Assembly (NCBI RefSeq): GCF_018350175.1
Contig: NC_058368.1
Location: 128,032,001 to 128,096,000 of the forward strand
From: Felis catus
Taxonomy: Eukaryota
Direction of reading: 5' to 3'
DNA length: 64,000 nucleotides
The notes under the pieces: model-generated
Databases searched by the model: none
Told to the model about the DNA's origin: nothing
What the model saw: only the letters and a program-made list of their open reading frames with translations
Translations under genes and position numbers: made by a program
Shown: positions 12,750-24,114 of the stretch, piece by piece
Position numbering within the stretch: position 1 is the stretch's first letter
Layout: every line of letters begins with the position of its first letter

Positions 12750-14156
12750 CAATTCTTCCCCTCCTGCTGCTTGCTTCAGGTTGATTTTTACCTTCTTTCT
12801 CTACGTTCTTAAAGTGAGACTTTAGATTATTGATTTGAGTCATTTTCTCTTTTCTAATGTAAGCATTTAGTGCTACAGATTTCCCTCTCAGGACCACTTT
12901 GGCTGTGCCCCACAAATTATATGTTTCATTTTTGCTTTTATTCAGTTGGATTTGTTTCTTCATTTCCCTTGAGATTTCCTCTTAGACTCATGAATTATTT
13001 TAAAGCATGTTGTTTAGTTTCCAAGTGTTTAGAGATTTTCCTGTTTTCCTTCTGTGATTGATTTCTAGTTTAATTCCATTATGATCAGAGAACCACATTT
13101 GTCTCATTTTAATTATTTTAAATTGTTTAGCTTTTTTGTGTTTTCAGATATTATCTATATCGGCCTAATTTCAATAGAGGCTGAAAAATGTCTTTTTTGT
13201 TGTTGTTGAATGGAATGTTCTTTAAATGCTGATCAGATCCTGTTGATTGAGGAAACCGTTAACTTCTTCCATATCCTTGATGATTTTCTAAGTAAGGTAT
13301 TCTATTACTTATTGACAGAAAGTTGTTGACGTCTTTAATTGTGGATTTACCTATTTTTCATTTCAATTCTATCAATTATTGCTTCCATATTTTCAACTGT
13401 GTCATTTGCTTCATCCATATTTAGGAATGCTATGTCTTCTTGGTGAAATAGTTCTTCCACCATTACATACTGACCCTCTCTGTCTCTGGTAATTTTCTTT
13501 GCTCTGAAGTCCACTTTATCTGATATTAATATAAACCTCCTTCTTTCCTTTCATTAAAGTTTACCTGATTAAATAATCCTTTTATTTTCAACCTGCCTGT
13601 ATCACTATATTTGAAGTGTGCTTCTTATAGACAACATATAGTTGAATCATACTTTTTATTCCATAATGTCAATCTCTGTTTTCTAATTGGTGCATTTGGA
13701 TCATACACATCAATATAACCATTAATATGCTAAGGCTGAAGTCTGCCATTTTATTTTTTGTTTGATCTGTTTTCCATTTCTGTTCCTTTATCCTATCCTC
13801 CTATGGGTTACTTGAACATATTTTTGATTTCTATTTTGATTTATCTATAAAGCTTTTGAATATATCTCTTTGCAGAGTTATTTTAGCAGTTGTTGTAGGT
13901 ATTACATGATGCATACATATCACAGTCCACTGGTGGTGTCATTTTACCAGTTCAAGAGAATTTCAAAAACCTATCTTCACATTCCTTTACCCTCCTGCAT
14001 TTATAACAACCTTAAAATATTTCTTCTACATGTATTTAGAATCATATCAGAATATTATAAATTTTGTCAACCATCAAACATAATTTATAAGACTTAAGTC
14101 TGTAACATTTCAACATGCTCATCATGTTCTTTTTTCCTTCCCAATATTCCAAGTTT
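12750..14156 (-). mobile_element. Old L1 (L1M-type) ORF2 N-terminal fragment; target of the young L1
   Basis: Translation NLWGTAKVVLRGKSVALNAYIRKEK matches the L1 ORF2 post-endonuclease region; many stops. Confidence 0.85.
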
Positions 14157-14403
14157 CCATTATTTCCTTTCTTTTTTTTTTTATATACGAAATTTATTGA
14201 CAAATTGGTTTCCATACAACACCCAGTGCTCATCCCAAAAGGTGCCCTCCTCAATACCCATCACCCACCCTCTCCTCCCTCCCACCCCCCATCAACCCTC
14301 AGTTTGTTCTCAGTTTTTAACAGTCTCTTATGCTTTGGCTCTCTCCCACTCTAACCTCTTTTTTTTTTCCCTTCCCCTCCCCCATGGGGTCCTGTTAAGT
14401 TTC

Positions 14404-17400
14404 TCAGGATCCACATAAGAGTGAAACCATATGGTATCTGTCTTTCTCTGTATGGCTTATTTCACTTAGCATCACACTCTCCAGTTCCATCCACGTTGCT
14501 ACAAAAGGCCATATTTCATTTTTTCTCATTGCCACGTAGTATTCCATTGTGTATATAAACCACATTTTCTTTATCCATTCATCAGTTGATGGACATTTAG
14601 GCTCTTTCCATAATTTGGCTATTGTTGAAAGTGCTGCTATGAACATTGGGGTACAAGTGGCCCTATGCATCAGTACTCCTGTATCCCTTGGATAAATTCC
14701 TAGCAGTGCTACTGCTGGGTCATAGGGTAGGTCTATTTTTAATTTTCTGAGGAACCTCCACACTGCTTTCCAGAGCGGCTGCACCAATTTGCATTAGCAC
14801 CAACAGTGCAAGAGGGTTCCCGTTTCTCCACATCCTCTCCAGCATCTATAGTCTCCTGATTTGTTCATTTTGGCCACTCTGACTGGCGTGAGGTGATACC
14901 TGAGTGTGGTTTTGATTTGTATTTCCCTGATAAGGAGCGACGCTGAACATCTTCTCATGTGCCTGTTGGCCATCCGGATGTCTTCTTTAGAGAAGTGTCT
15001 ATTCATGTTTTCTGCCCATTTCTTCACTGGGTTATTTGTTTTTCGGGTGTGGAGTTTGGTGAGCTCTTTATAGATTTTGGATACTAGCCCTTTGTCCAAT
15101 ATGTCATTTGCGAATATCTTTTCCCATTCCGTTGGTTGCCTTTTAGTTTTGTTGGTTGTTTCCTTTGCTGTGCAGAAGCTTTTTATCTTCATAAGGTCCC
15201 AGTAATTCACTTTTGCTTTTAATTCCCTTGCCTTTGGGGATGTGTCGAGTAAGAGATTGCTACGGCTGAGGTCAGAGAGGTCTTTTCCTGCTTTCTCCTC
15301 TAAGGTTTTGATGGTTTCCTGTCTCACATTTAGGTCCTTTATCCATTTTGAGTTTATTTTTGTGAATGGTGTGAGAAAGTGGTCTAGTTTCAACCTTCTG
15401 CATGTTGCTGTCCAGTTCTCCCAGCACCATTTGTTAAAGAGGCTGTCTTTTTTCCATTGGATGTTCTTTCCTGCTTTGTCAAAGATGAGTTGGCCATACG
15501 TTTGTGGGTCTAGTTCTGGGGTTTCTATTCTATTCCATTGGTCTATGTGTCTGTTTTTGTGCCAATACCATGCTGTCTTGATGATGACAGCTTTGTAATA
15601 GAGGCTAAAGTCTGGGATTGAGATGCTTCATGCTTTGGTCTTCTTCTTCAAAATTCCTTTGGCTATTCGGGGCCTTTTGTGGATCCATATGAATTTTAAG
15701 ATTGCTTGTTCTAGTTTCGAGAAGAATGCTGGTGCAATTTTGATTGGGATTGCATTGAATGTGTAGATAGTTTTGGGTAGTATTGACATTTTGACAATAT
15801 TTATTTTTCCAATCCATGAGCAGGGAATGTCTTTCCATTTCTTTAAATCTTCTTCAATTTCCTTCATAAGCTTTCTATAGTTTTCAGCATACAGATCTTT
15901 TACATCTTTGGTTAGATTTATTCCTAGGTATTTTATGCTTCTTGGTGCAATTGTGAATGGGATCAGTTTCTTTATTTGTCTTTCTGTTGCTTTATTGTTA
16001 GTGTATAAGAATGCAACTGATTTCTGTACATTGATTTTGTACCCTGTAACTTTGCTGAATTCCTGTATCAGTTCTAGCAGACTTTTGGTGGAGTCTATCG
16101 GATTTTCCATGTATAATATCATGTCATCTGCAAAAAGCGAAAGCTTGACTTCATCTTTGCCAATTTTGATGCCTTTGATTTCCTTTTGTTGTCTGATTGC
16201 TGATGCTAGAACTTCCAGCACTATGTTAAACAGCAGCGGTGAGAGTGGGCATCCTTGTCGTGTTCCTGATCTCAGGGAAAAAGCTCTCAGTTTTTCCCCG
16301 TTGAGGATGATGTTAGCTGTGCGCTTTTCATAAATGGCTTTTATGATCTTTAAGTATGTTCCTTCTATCCCGACTTTCTCAAGGGTTTTTATTAAGAAAG
16401 GGTGCTGGATGGGGGCGCCTGGGTGGCGCAGTCGGTTAAGCGTCCGACTTCAGCCAGGTCACGATCTCGCGGTCCGGGAGTTTGAGCCCCGCGTCAGGCT
16501 CTGGGCTGATGGCTCGGAGCCTGGAGCCTGTTTCCGATGCTGTGTCTCCCTCTCTCTCTGCCCCTCCCCCGTTCATGCTCTGTCTCTCTCTGTCCCAAAA
16601 ATAAATAAAAAACGTTGGAAAAAAAATTAAAAAAAAAAAAAAGAAAGGGTGCTGGATTTTGTCAAAGGCCTTTTCTGCATCAATTGACCGGATCATATGG
16701 TTCTTCTTTTTTTTTGTTAATGTGATGTATCACGTTGATTGATTTGCGAATGTTGAACCAGCCCTGCATCCCAGGAATGAATCCCACTTGATCATGGTGA
16801 ATAATTCTTTTTATATGCCGTTGAATTCGATTTGCTAGTATCTTATTGAGAATTTTTGCATCCATATTCATCAGGGATATTGGCCTGTAGTTCTCTTTTT
16901 TTACTGGGTCTCTGTCTGGTTTAGGAATCAAAGTAATACTGGCTTCATAGAATGAGTCTGGAAGTTTTCCTTCCCTTTCTATTTCTTGGAATAGCTTGAG
17001 AAGGATAGGTATTATCTCTGCTTTAAACGTCTGGTAGAACTCCCCTGGGAAGCCATCTGGTCCTGGACTCTTATGTGTTGGGAGATTTTTGAGAACCGAT
17101 TCAATTTCTTCGCTGGTTATGGGTCTGTTCAAGCTTTCTATTTCCTCCTGACTGAGTTTTGGAAGAGTGCGGGTGTTCAGGAATTTGTCCATTTCTTCCA
17201 GGTTGTCCAATTTGTTGGCATATAATTTTTCATAGTATTCCCTGATAATTGTTTGTATCTCTGAGGGATTGGTTGTAATAATTCCATTTTCATTCAGGAT
17301 TTTATCTATTTGGGTCATCTCCCTTTTCTTTTTGAGAAGCCTGGCTAGAGGTTTGTCAATTTTGTTTATTTTTTCAAAAAACCAACTCTTGGTTTCATTG

Positions 17401-18468
17401 ATTTGCTCTACAGTTTTTTTAGATTCTATATTGTTTATTTCTGCTCTGATCTTTATTATTTCTCTTCTTCTGCTGGGTTTAGGCTGCCTTTGCTGTTCTG
17501 CTTCTAGTTCCTTTAGGTGTGCTGTTAGATTTTGTATTTGGGATTTTTCTTGTTTCTTGAGATAGGCCTGGATTGCAATGTATTTTCCTCTCAGGACTGC
17601 CTTCGCTGCATCCCAAAGCGTTTGGATTGTTGTATTTTCATTTTCGTTTGTTTCCATATATTTTTTAATGTCTTCTCTAATTGCCTGGTTGACCCACTCA
17701 TTCGTTAGTAGGGTGTTCTTTAACCTCCATGCTTTTGGAGGTTTTCCAGACTTTTTTCTGTGGTTGATTTCAAGCTTCATAGCATTGTGGTCTGAAAGTA
17801 TGCATGGTATAATTTCAATTCTTGTAAACTTATAAAGGGCTGTTTTGTGACCCAGTATATGATCTATCTTGGAGAATGTTCCATGTGCACTCGAGAAGAA
17901 AGTATATTCTGTTGCTTTGGGATGTAGAGTTCTAAATATATCTGTCAAGTCCATCTGATCCAATGTCTCATTCAGGGCCCTTGTTTCTTTATTGACCGTG
18001 TGTCTAGATGATCTATCCATTTCTGTAAGTGGGGTGTTAAAGTCCCCTGCAATTACCACATTCTTATCAATAAGTTTGCTTATGTTTATGAGTAATTGTT
18101 TTATATATTTGGGGGCTCTGGTATTCGGCGCATAGACATTTATAATTGTTAGCTCTTCCTGATGGATAGACCCTGTAACTATTATATAATGTCCTTCTTC
18201 ATCTCTTGTTACAGCCTTTAAAGTCTAGTTTATCTGATAGAAGTATGGCTACTCCAGCTTTCTTTTGGCTTCCAGTCGCATGATAAATAGTTCTCCATCC
18301 CCTCACTCTCAATCTAAAGGTGTCCTCAGGTCTAAAATGAGTCTCTTGTAGACAGCAAATAGATGGGTCTTGTTTTTTTATCCATTCTGATACCCTATGT
18401 CTTTTGGTTGGCGCATTTAATCCATTTACATTCAGTGTTATTATAGAAAGATGCGGGTTTAGAGTCAT
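14404..18468 (-). pseudogene. ORF2: L1 ORF2 (endonuclease/reverse transcriptase), disrupted
   Basis: Start MTLNPHLSIITLNVNGLN at 18468; EN motifs GDFNTP and [15 protein letters not shown]; frameshifts near 18220 and 16705, SINE at 16411-16640, in-frame stops at 15628-15630 and 14794-14796; ends SLLCGS*. Confidence 0.95.
16411..16640 (+). mobile_element. Young SINEC_Fc-type SINE inserted in L1 ORF2
   Basis: 17-bp TSD aagaaagggtgctggat at 16394-16410 and 16641-16657; TT/AAGA endonuclease-type site. Confidence 0.97.
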
Positions 18469-18518
18469 TGTGATGTCTGTATGTTTTATGCTTGTAGTGA
18501 TGTCTCTGGGACTTTGTC

Positions 18519-19412
18519 TCACAGGGTCCCCCTTAGGATCTCTTGTAGGGCTGGTTTAGTGGTGACAAATTCCTTCAGTTTTTGTTTGTTTGGGAAGACC
18601 TTTATCTCTCCTTCTATTCTAAATGACAGACTTGCTGGATAAAGGATTCTCGGCTGCATATTTTTTCTGTCTAGCACCCTGAATATCTTGTGCCAATTCT
18701 TTCTGGCCTGCCAAGTTTCAAAAGAGAGATCAGTCACGAGTCTTATAGGTCTCCCTTTATATGTGAGGGCACGTTTACCCCTTGCTGCTTTCAGAATTTT
18801 CTCTTTATCCTTGTATTTTGCCAGTTTCACTATGATATGTCGTGCAGAAGATCGATTCAAGTTACGTCTGAAGGGAGTTCTCTGTGCCTCTTGGATTTCA
18901 ATGCCTTTTTCCTTCCCCAGTTCAGGGAAGTTCTCAGCTATTATTTCTTCAAGTACCCCTTCAGCACCTTTCCCTCTCTCTTCCTCCTCTGGGATACCAA
19001 TTATGCATATATTATTTCTTTTTAGTGTATCACTTAGTTCTCTAATTTTCCCCTCATACTCCTGGATTTTTTTCTCTCTCTTTTTCTCAGCTTCCTCTTT
19101 TTCCATAACTTTATCCTCTAGTTCACCTATTCTCTCCTCTGCCTCTTCAAGCCGAGCTGTGGTGGTTTCCATTTTGTTATGCATTTCGTTTAAAGCGTTT
19201 TTCAGCTCCTCGTGACTGTTCCTTAGTCCCTTGATCTCTGTAGCAAGAGATTCTCTGCTGTCCTCTATACTGTTTTCAAGCCCAGCCATTAATTTTATGA
19301 CTATTATTCTAAATTCGCTTTCTGTTATATTATTTAAATCCTTTTTGATCAGCTCATTAGCTGTTGTTATTTCCTGGAGATTCTTCTGAGGGGAATTCTT
19401 CCGCTTGGTCAT
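18519..19412 (-). CDS. ORF1: L1 ORF1p (RNA-binding chaperone), intact, 297 aa
   Basis: MTKRKNSPQK start; coiled coil; RNNICIIGIPE, RHIIVKL, YPASLSF and KPALQEIL motifs; no stops. Confidence 0.93.
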   Translation of the reverse strand: MTKRKNSPQKNLQEITTANELIKKDLNNITESEFRIIVIKLMAGLENSIEDSRESLATEIKGLRNSHEELKNALNEMHNKMETTTARLEEAEERIGELEDKVMEKEEAEKKREKKIQEYEGKIRELSDTLKRNNICIIGIPEEEERGKGAEGVLEEIIAENFPELGKEKGIEIQEAQRTPFRRNLNRSSARHIIVKLAKYKDKEKILKAARGKRALTYKGRPIRLVTDLSFETWQARKNWHKIFRVLDRKNMQPRILYPASLSFRIEGEIKVFPNKQKLKEFVTTKPALQEILRGTL

Positions 19413-20344
19413 TTTGGATAGTCCCTGGCGTGGTGAGGACCTGCAGGGCACTTCCCCTGTGCTGTGGTGTATAACTGGAGTTGGTGGGCGGGGCCGCAGT
19501 CAGACCTGATGTCTGCCCCCAGCCCACCGCTGGGTTCACAGTCAGACTGGTGTGTGCCTTCTCTTCCCCTCTCCTAGGGGCGGGATTCACTGTGGGGTGG
19601 TGTGGCCCGTCTGGGCTACTTGCACACTGCCAGGCTTGTGATGCTGGGGATCTGGCGTATTAGCTGGGGTGGGTAGGCAAGGTGCACGGGGGCAGGAGGG
19701 GCAGGCTTAGATCGCTTCTCCTTAGGTGATCCTCTTCAGGAGGGGCCCTGTGGCAGCGGGAGGGAGTCAGATCCGCTGCCGGAGGTTTGGCTCCGCAGAA
19801 GCACAGAGTTGGGTGTTTGCGCGGAGCAAGCAAGTTCCCTGGCAGGAACTGGTTCTCTTTGGGATTTTGGCTGGGGGATGGGCGGGGGAGATGGCGCTGG
19901 CGAGCGCCTTTGTTCCCCACCAAGCTGAGCTCTGTCGTCAGGGGGCTCAGCAGCTCTCCCTCCCTTTGTCCTCCAGCCTTCCCGCTTTCCGAGCAGAGCT
20001 GTTAACTTATGACCTCCCAGACGCTAAGTCGCGCTTGTTGTGGGAACACAGTCCGTCAGGCCCCTCCGCTATTGCAAGCCAGACTCGGGGGCTCTGCTTG
20101 GCCGGCGAGCCGCCCCTCCGCCCCAGCTCCCTCCCGCCAGTCCGAGGAGCGGGCACCGCCTCGCAGCCCTTCCTACCCTCTGCCGTGGGCCTCTCTTCTG
20201 CGTTTGGCTCCAGCGACTCCGTTCTGCTAATCCTCTGGCGGTTTTCTGGGTTATTTAGGCAGGTGTAGGTGGAATCTAAGTGATCAGCAGGACGTGCGGT
20301 GAGCCCAGCGTCCTCCTAAGCCGCCATCTTTGGATCCTCTCCGG
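19413..20344 (-). promoter_or_regulatory. L1 5' UTR internal Pol II promoter (CpG-rich) with YY1 site AAGATGGCGGC at 20330-20320
   Basis: CpG-dense region upstream of ORF1; YY1 motif about 15 nt from the 5' end as in other mammalian L1s. Confidence 0.85.
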
Positions 20345-20599
20345 TCAATTTTTTTAATGAGCAGTTAGAGATCATATTTACCAACTTGAAAACAATAGCT
20401 GAGAAGTGGAGCTGAGAAGTGAGCAGTGGACTCCGATGAGTCTCTAAGATGCTAAAAGGAAGAGTCCCATTATTTCCTTTCTATTTAGATAACTGAACCA
20501 TGAAGCCACAAAAAGCTTTAAACTACTGGTCTATGATTAACCTCAAGGGCCTTTCACATATGAGTATCATTTCCTTGCGAGTTAAGACCAGAAAAGTTT

Positions 20600-20760
20600 G
20601 GGAAGAACTAAGTTACTTAATTGACCAATTTGTGCATATGTAGATTATTGATGATAATGCCTAATTCAGAGGATCATCAGAAGGATTTACTATACATTAA
20701 AGGACTCCTAACTAGCACAAAGTCTCAGACATGATTAGCACTCAACAAATACTGGTCTTA
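20600..20760 (+). mobile_element. MIR fragment
   Basis: gataatgcctaattcagagg...gcactcaacaaatactgg. Confidence 0.5.
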
Positions 20761-21044
20761 TTTATCTCCTTTTATTTTTTCCCTTTAAAGCCTTTTCTCC
20801 ACTTTTGTGTTTTATATTTGCTCTTTGGTTGCTTGTAAATATTCATCATTCATTTCTATATTTCTATTTCCTCTATCTTCTTTTTCCTTACCAAGCTCAT
20901 TCTTACCTTATATCCTCATTCTATCCTCATTCAGACTACAGAACACATTTCAAATATGTGGTTTCCTCCATTCACTATGCACACCATCACACACAAGTAT
21001 ACCAACTTTGAATTTTGGTAAACTTTATCCAGAATTACTCTAAA

Positions 21045-21253
21045 ATTTTTTTTAATGTTTATGTATTTTTGACAGAGAGAGAGAGAGCAAAGGCAGGGAA
21101 TGGGCAAATAGAGAGGGAGATACAGAATCTGAAGCAGACTCCAAGCTCTGAGCTGTTAGCACACAGCCTGACATGGGACTCAAACTCATGAACCATGAGA
21201 TCATGACCTGAGCTGAAGTCAGACAATTAACTGACTGAGCCATGCAGGTGCCC
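21045..21253 (-). mobile_element. CanSINE
   Basis: 16-bp TSD ccagaattactctaaa at 21029-21044 and 21254-21269. Confidence 0.93.
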
Positions 21254-21344
21254 CCAGAATTACTCTAAATGACACACACACACACACACAAAATCTATAA
21301 GCATTTATTTTCAAAGAGAAAAAATTCCATTCATGATAGGTTTT

Positions 21345-21546
21345 TAAAAAAATGTTTGTTTATTTTGAGAGAGAATATGCACACACACATGAGTAGGGGA
21401 GGGGCAGAGAGAGGGAGTAAAAGAAGCCCCAAGAGGCTCCATGCTGTCACTACATAACCCTACATTGGCTTGATCTCAGAAACCATGAGATTAATACCTG
21501 AGCCAAAATCAAGAGTTGGAAGCTTAACTGACTGAGCCACCACCCC
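21345..21546 (-). mobile_element. Older CanSINE
   Basis: Reverse motifs; flanking near-repeat cattcatg(a/t)tag. Confidence 0.8.
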
Positions 21547-22310
21547 ACATTCATGTTAGTTTTAACACAACCAAAAAAAGATAAGCAAAACAAAGGAGGA
21601 AATCATAGAAAAATAACAAAAAAGATTATATTGCAAAAAAATAATACTTTCAAACAACATTCCTCCACATGAAACAACGAAATCATTATCATTCTTAGAG
21701 AATCTAAATTGTTCAAAATTTCTGTGACATAGGAATGAATCTTCTAGAAGAATAAGAGGAAGACCTAAAAATATATTTATTTCCCAAATGAGTCCAGAAA
21801 CATTAATTACCCAAGAGGATTCAGGAAAAAAGGACTGCAAGGTGAAAAACGCCTGTGATATGCTGCATTTGATGTGTATTTCATCAATGGATACTGAAGA
21901 CTGCATTTGCATATTATAGGTTGGAAGTCCTTTGGTAACTTGTTTAATCTGGTATAATATGGAGCCTCTAGGGTTGTCAGTGGCAGTGGAGTCATTCTAT
22001 TTCTTTAAAGTAGCAGCTCCTAGAAATCATGAAGACCTCTGGTTTATAAACCACATGGAGACAATCATCACACAAAAAAAAGTGTCCTTTGATTCATCCC
22101 ATCACTGAATCATTACAGAATGCTCACTATGTGCCATTCCCTGGGATAATGGGACATCTATGAACAAATAAAAACTCTTGCCTTCACAGAGGTTATATGC
22201 TAGTAGGCTAGAGGAAGACAACACACTTAATAATTAACTAAATATTAGGTTTGAAGATGGCAAGTACTGTGAAGAAGAAATAATACATGGAGATAAGGAT
22301 TGCAATTTTA

Positions 22311-22594
22311 TTTCATTTTTTAATGTTTAATGTTTAATGTTTAATGTTCATTTTTTTAATGTTTATTTATTTTTAATGTTTCATTTATTTAATGTTTTTT
22401 AATGTTTAATGAGGGTGTGCATGTGCACAGAAGCAGGAGAGGGGCAGAGAGATAGCTAGGGAGAGAATCCCTTGCAGGCTCCATACTGTCAGCAAAGAAC
22501 CCAACGTGGGGCTCCATCCCATGAACAGTGAGATCAAGACTGGAGCCAAAATCAAGACTCAGGCACTTAAATGAATGAGCCACCCAGGTGCTCC
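22311..22594 (-). mobile_element. CanSINE with expanded (TTTAATG)n tail
   Basis: 15-bp TSD aggattgcaatttta at 22296-22310 and 22595-22609. Confidence 0.9.
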
Positions 22595-22976
22595 AGGATT
22601 GCAATTTTAAGTAAGAGCTTAGAATAGGCCTTAAAGAGATTGTAACATTAGTGCAAAGACTTGAAGGAGATGTCAGATTGAGGCAGTGGATATCTTGTGG
22701 GGAAAGCTACCTGAGCAGACTTACAACCAGTAAAAATCCGCTAGAACAGGAATATGCCTAGCATGTTCTGAGATCAGAAGTGAGGCTGATGTGGCTGGAC
22801 AGATTAAAGGACTAGAGTTATAGGATATGAGGTCAAGAAAGTAATGGAGATCCAGATCATGTACAATGTAATAAGTGAATTGTGTCCCTCTAAAATTCCT
22901 ATGTTGAAGCCGTCTATAAGTTCCAGGACTTTGGAATGTGACTGTATTTGGAGATATGACTTTTAAAAGGTAATTA

Positions 22977-23175
22977 GAGGCACCTGGGTGGCTCAGTAGG
23001 TTGAGCACTGACTCTTGGTTTTTGACTCAGGTCAGGATCCCAGGGTTGTGGGATTGAGCTGCGCATCAGGCTCCATGCTGGGCAGGGAGCCTACTTGAGT
23101 TTCTCTCTCCCTCTCCTGCTATCCAACTCCATTCATGCTCTCTTCCTCTAAAATACAATTTAATTTTTTTTAAAT
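22977..23175 (+). mobile_element. CanSINE in MLT1
   Basis: gaggcacctgggtggctcag head. Confidence 0.85.
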
Positions 23176-23257
23176 ATTAAGTTTAAGAGAGAATTAAAAA
23201 TGAGTTCATTAGCATGGGCCCTAATCTGATTGGTACCCTTGTAAGAGGAGGAAGTTA

Positions 23258-23403
23258 GGGGGTGCCTGCAAGGCTCAGTCAGTTGAGCAACAAACTCTTG
23301 ATTTCTGCTCAGACTGGATCTCACAGTTCTTGACTTCGAACCCTGCTTTGCGCTCTGCACTGACAGCGTGGAGCCTGCTTGGGAATCTCAATCTCAATCT
23401 CTC

Positions 23404-23454
<51 letters not shown>

Positions 23455-23520
23455 CTTTCTGCCCCTCCCTTGTTTGCACACACACTCTCTCTCAAAATAA
23501 ATATACTTAAAAAAAAAAAA
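23258..23520 (+). mobile_element. CanSINE in MLT1 with (CT)n
   Basis: TSD aga(g/a)gaggaagttagg at 23244-23259 and 23521-23536. Confidence 0.9.
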
Positions 23521-24114
23521 AGAAGAGGAAGTTAGGATGCAACGACAGAGCGACAAACATGTGAAAACACAGTGAGAAGGTGGGCTTCTGCATGCCAAGG
23601 AGAGAGGGTACAAAAAAACCAAACCTGCCAACACTTCGATCTTGGACTTCCAGCCTCTAGAGTGTCTATGGTTTAAGGCACACAGTCTGTGGTATTTGGT
23701 TATGGCAACCTCTCCTTCCTAACTTCACAAAACCAAGCCAAGTAAATCCAAAATTGTGTTTGCTTTCTTGTTCATTTTAATCTCCAGAGAACTAGGGATG
23801 GAAAGAAAGCTAAAGGAACTAAATTCCAGAAAAGAAGGAATACTTCCCAGCAAAAAAGAAACCCATCACTGCTTCCATCCTTGGTTGAATGGGAAGAACA
23901 ACAAATCTGCTATGACAGGGGTAAGGAGAAAGCGGGTGAACTTGTAAAAATATTCAGCACCACATGTGGGCTGTAGTGAGGGATGAGAGCCGAGGAAACC
24001 TCATTCACAGAGGAGGCTGCAGCCCTGAACCACAGACATGTAAGCCTTCCCTGAAAGAAAGGCACTAGCTCTCTAAAGTCTAAGGAAAGAGCAAGACAGA
24101 TGAGCAATTGACTC

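Larger units (their letters stand above)
14173..20344 (-). mobile_element. Full-length felid LINE-1 (L1_Fc-like), retrotransposition-dead
   Basis: GC/CpG-rich 5' UTR with YY1 motif, ORF1, ORF2 (EN, RT FADD, C-terminal), 3' UTR, AATAAA at 14198-14193, A tail; 16-bp TSD ccattatttcctttct at 14157-14172 and 20467-20482. Confidence 0.97.
22867..23710 (+). mobile_element. MLT1-type MaLR solo LTR split by two CanSINEs
   Basis: gaattgtgtccctc..., gaatgtgactgtatttggagat..., atcttggacttccagcctc..., gtctgtggtatttggttatggca. Confidence 0.85.

Noticed and set aside
18469..18560. ORF2 frame stays open through the 50-nt spacer and overlaps the ORF1 stop, suggesting a frameshift fusion
   Set aside because: No canonical slippery heptamer; mammalian L1 ORF2 is known to be translated by reinitiation
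15242..19215. Several plus-strand ORFs of 85-175 aa
   Set aside because: Antisense shadows of L1 ORF1 and ORF2
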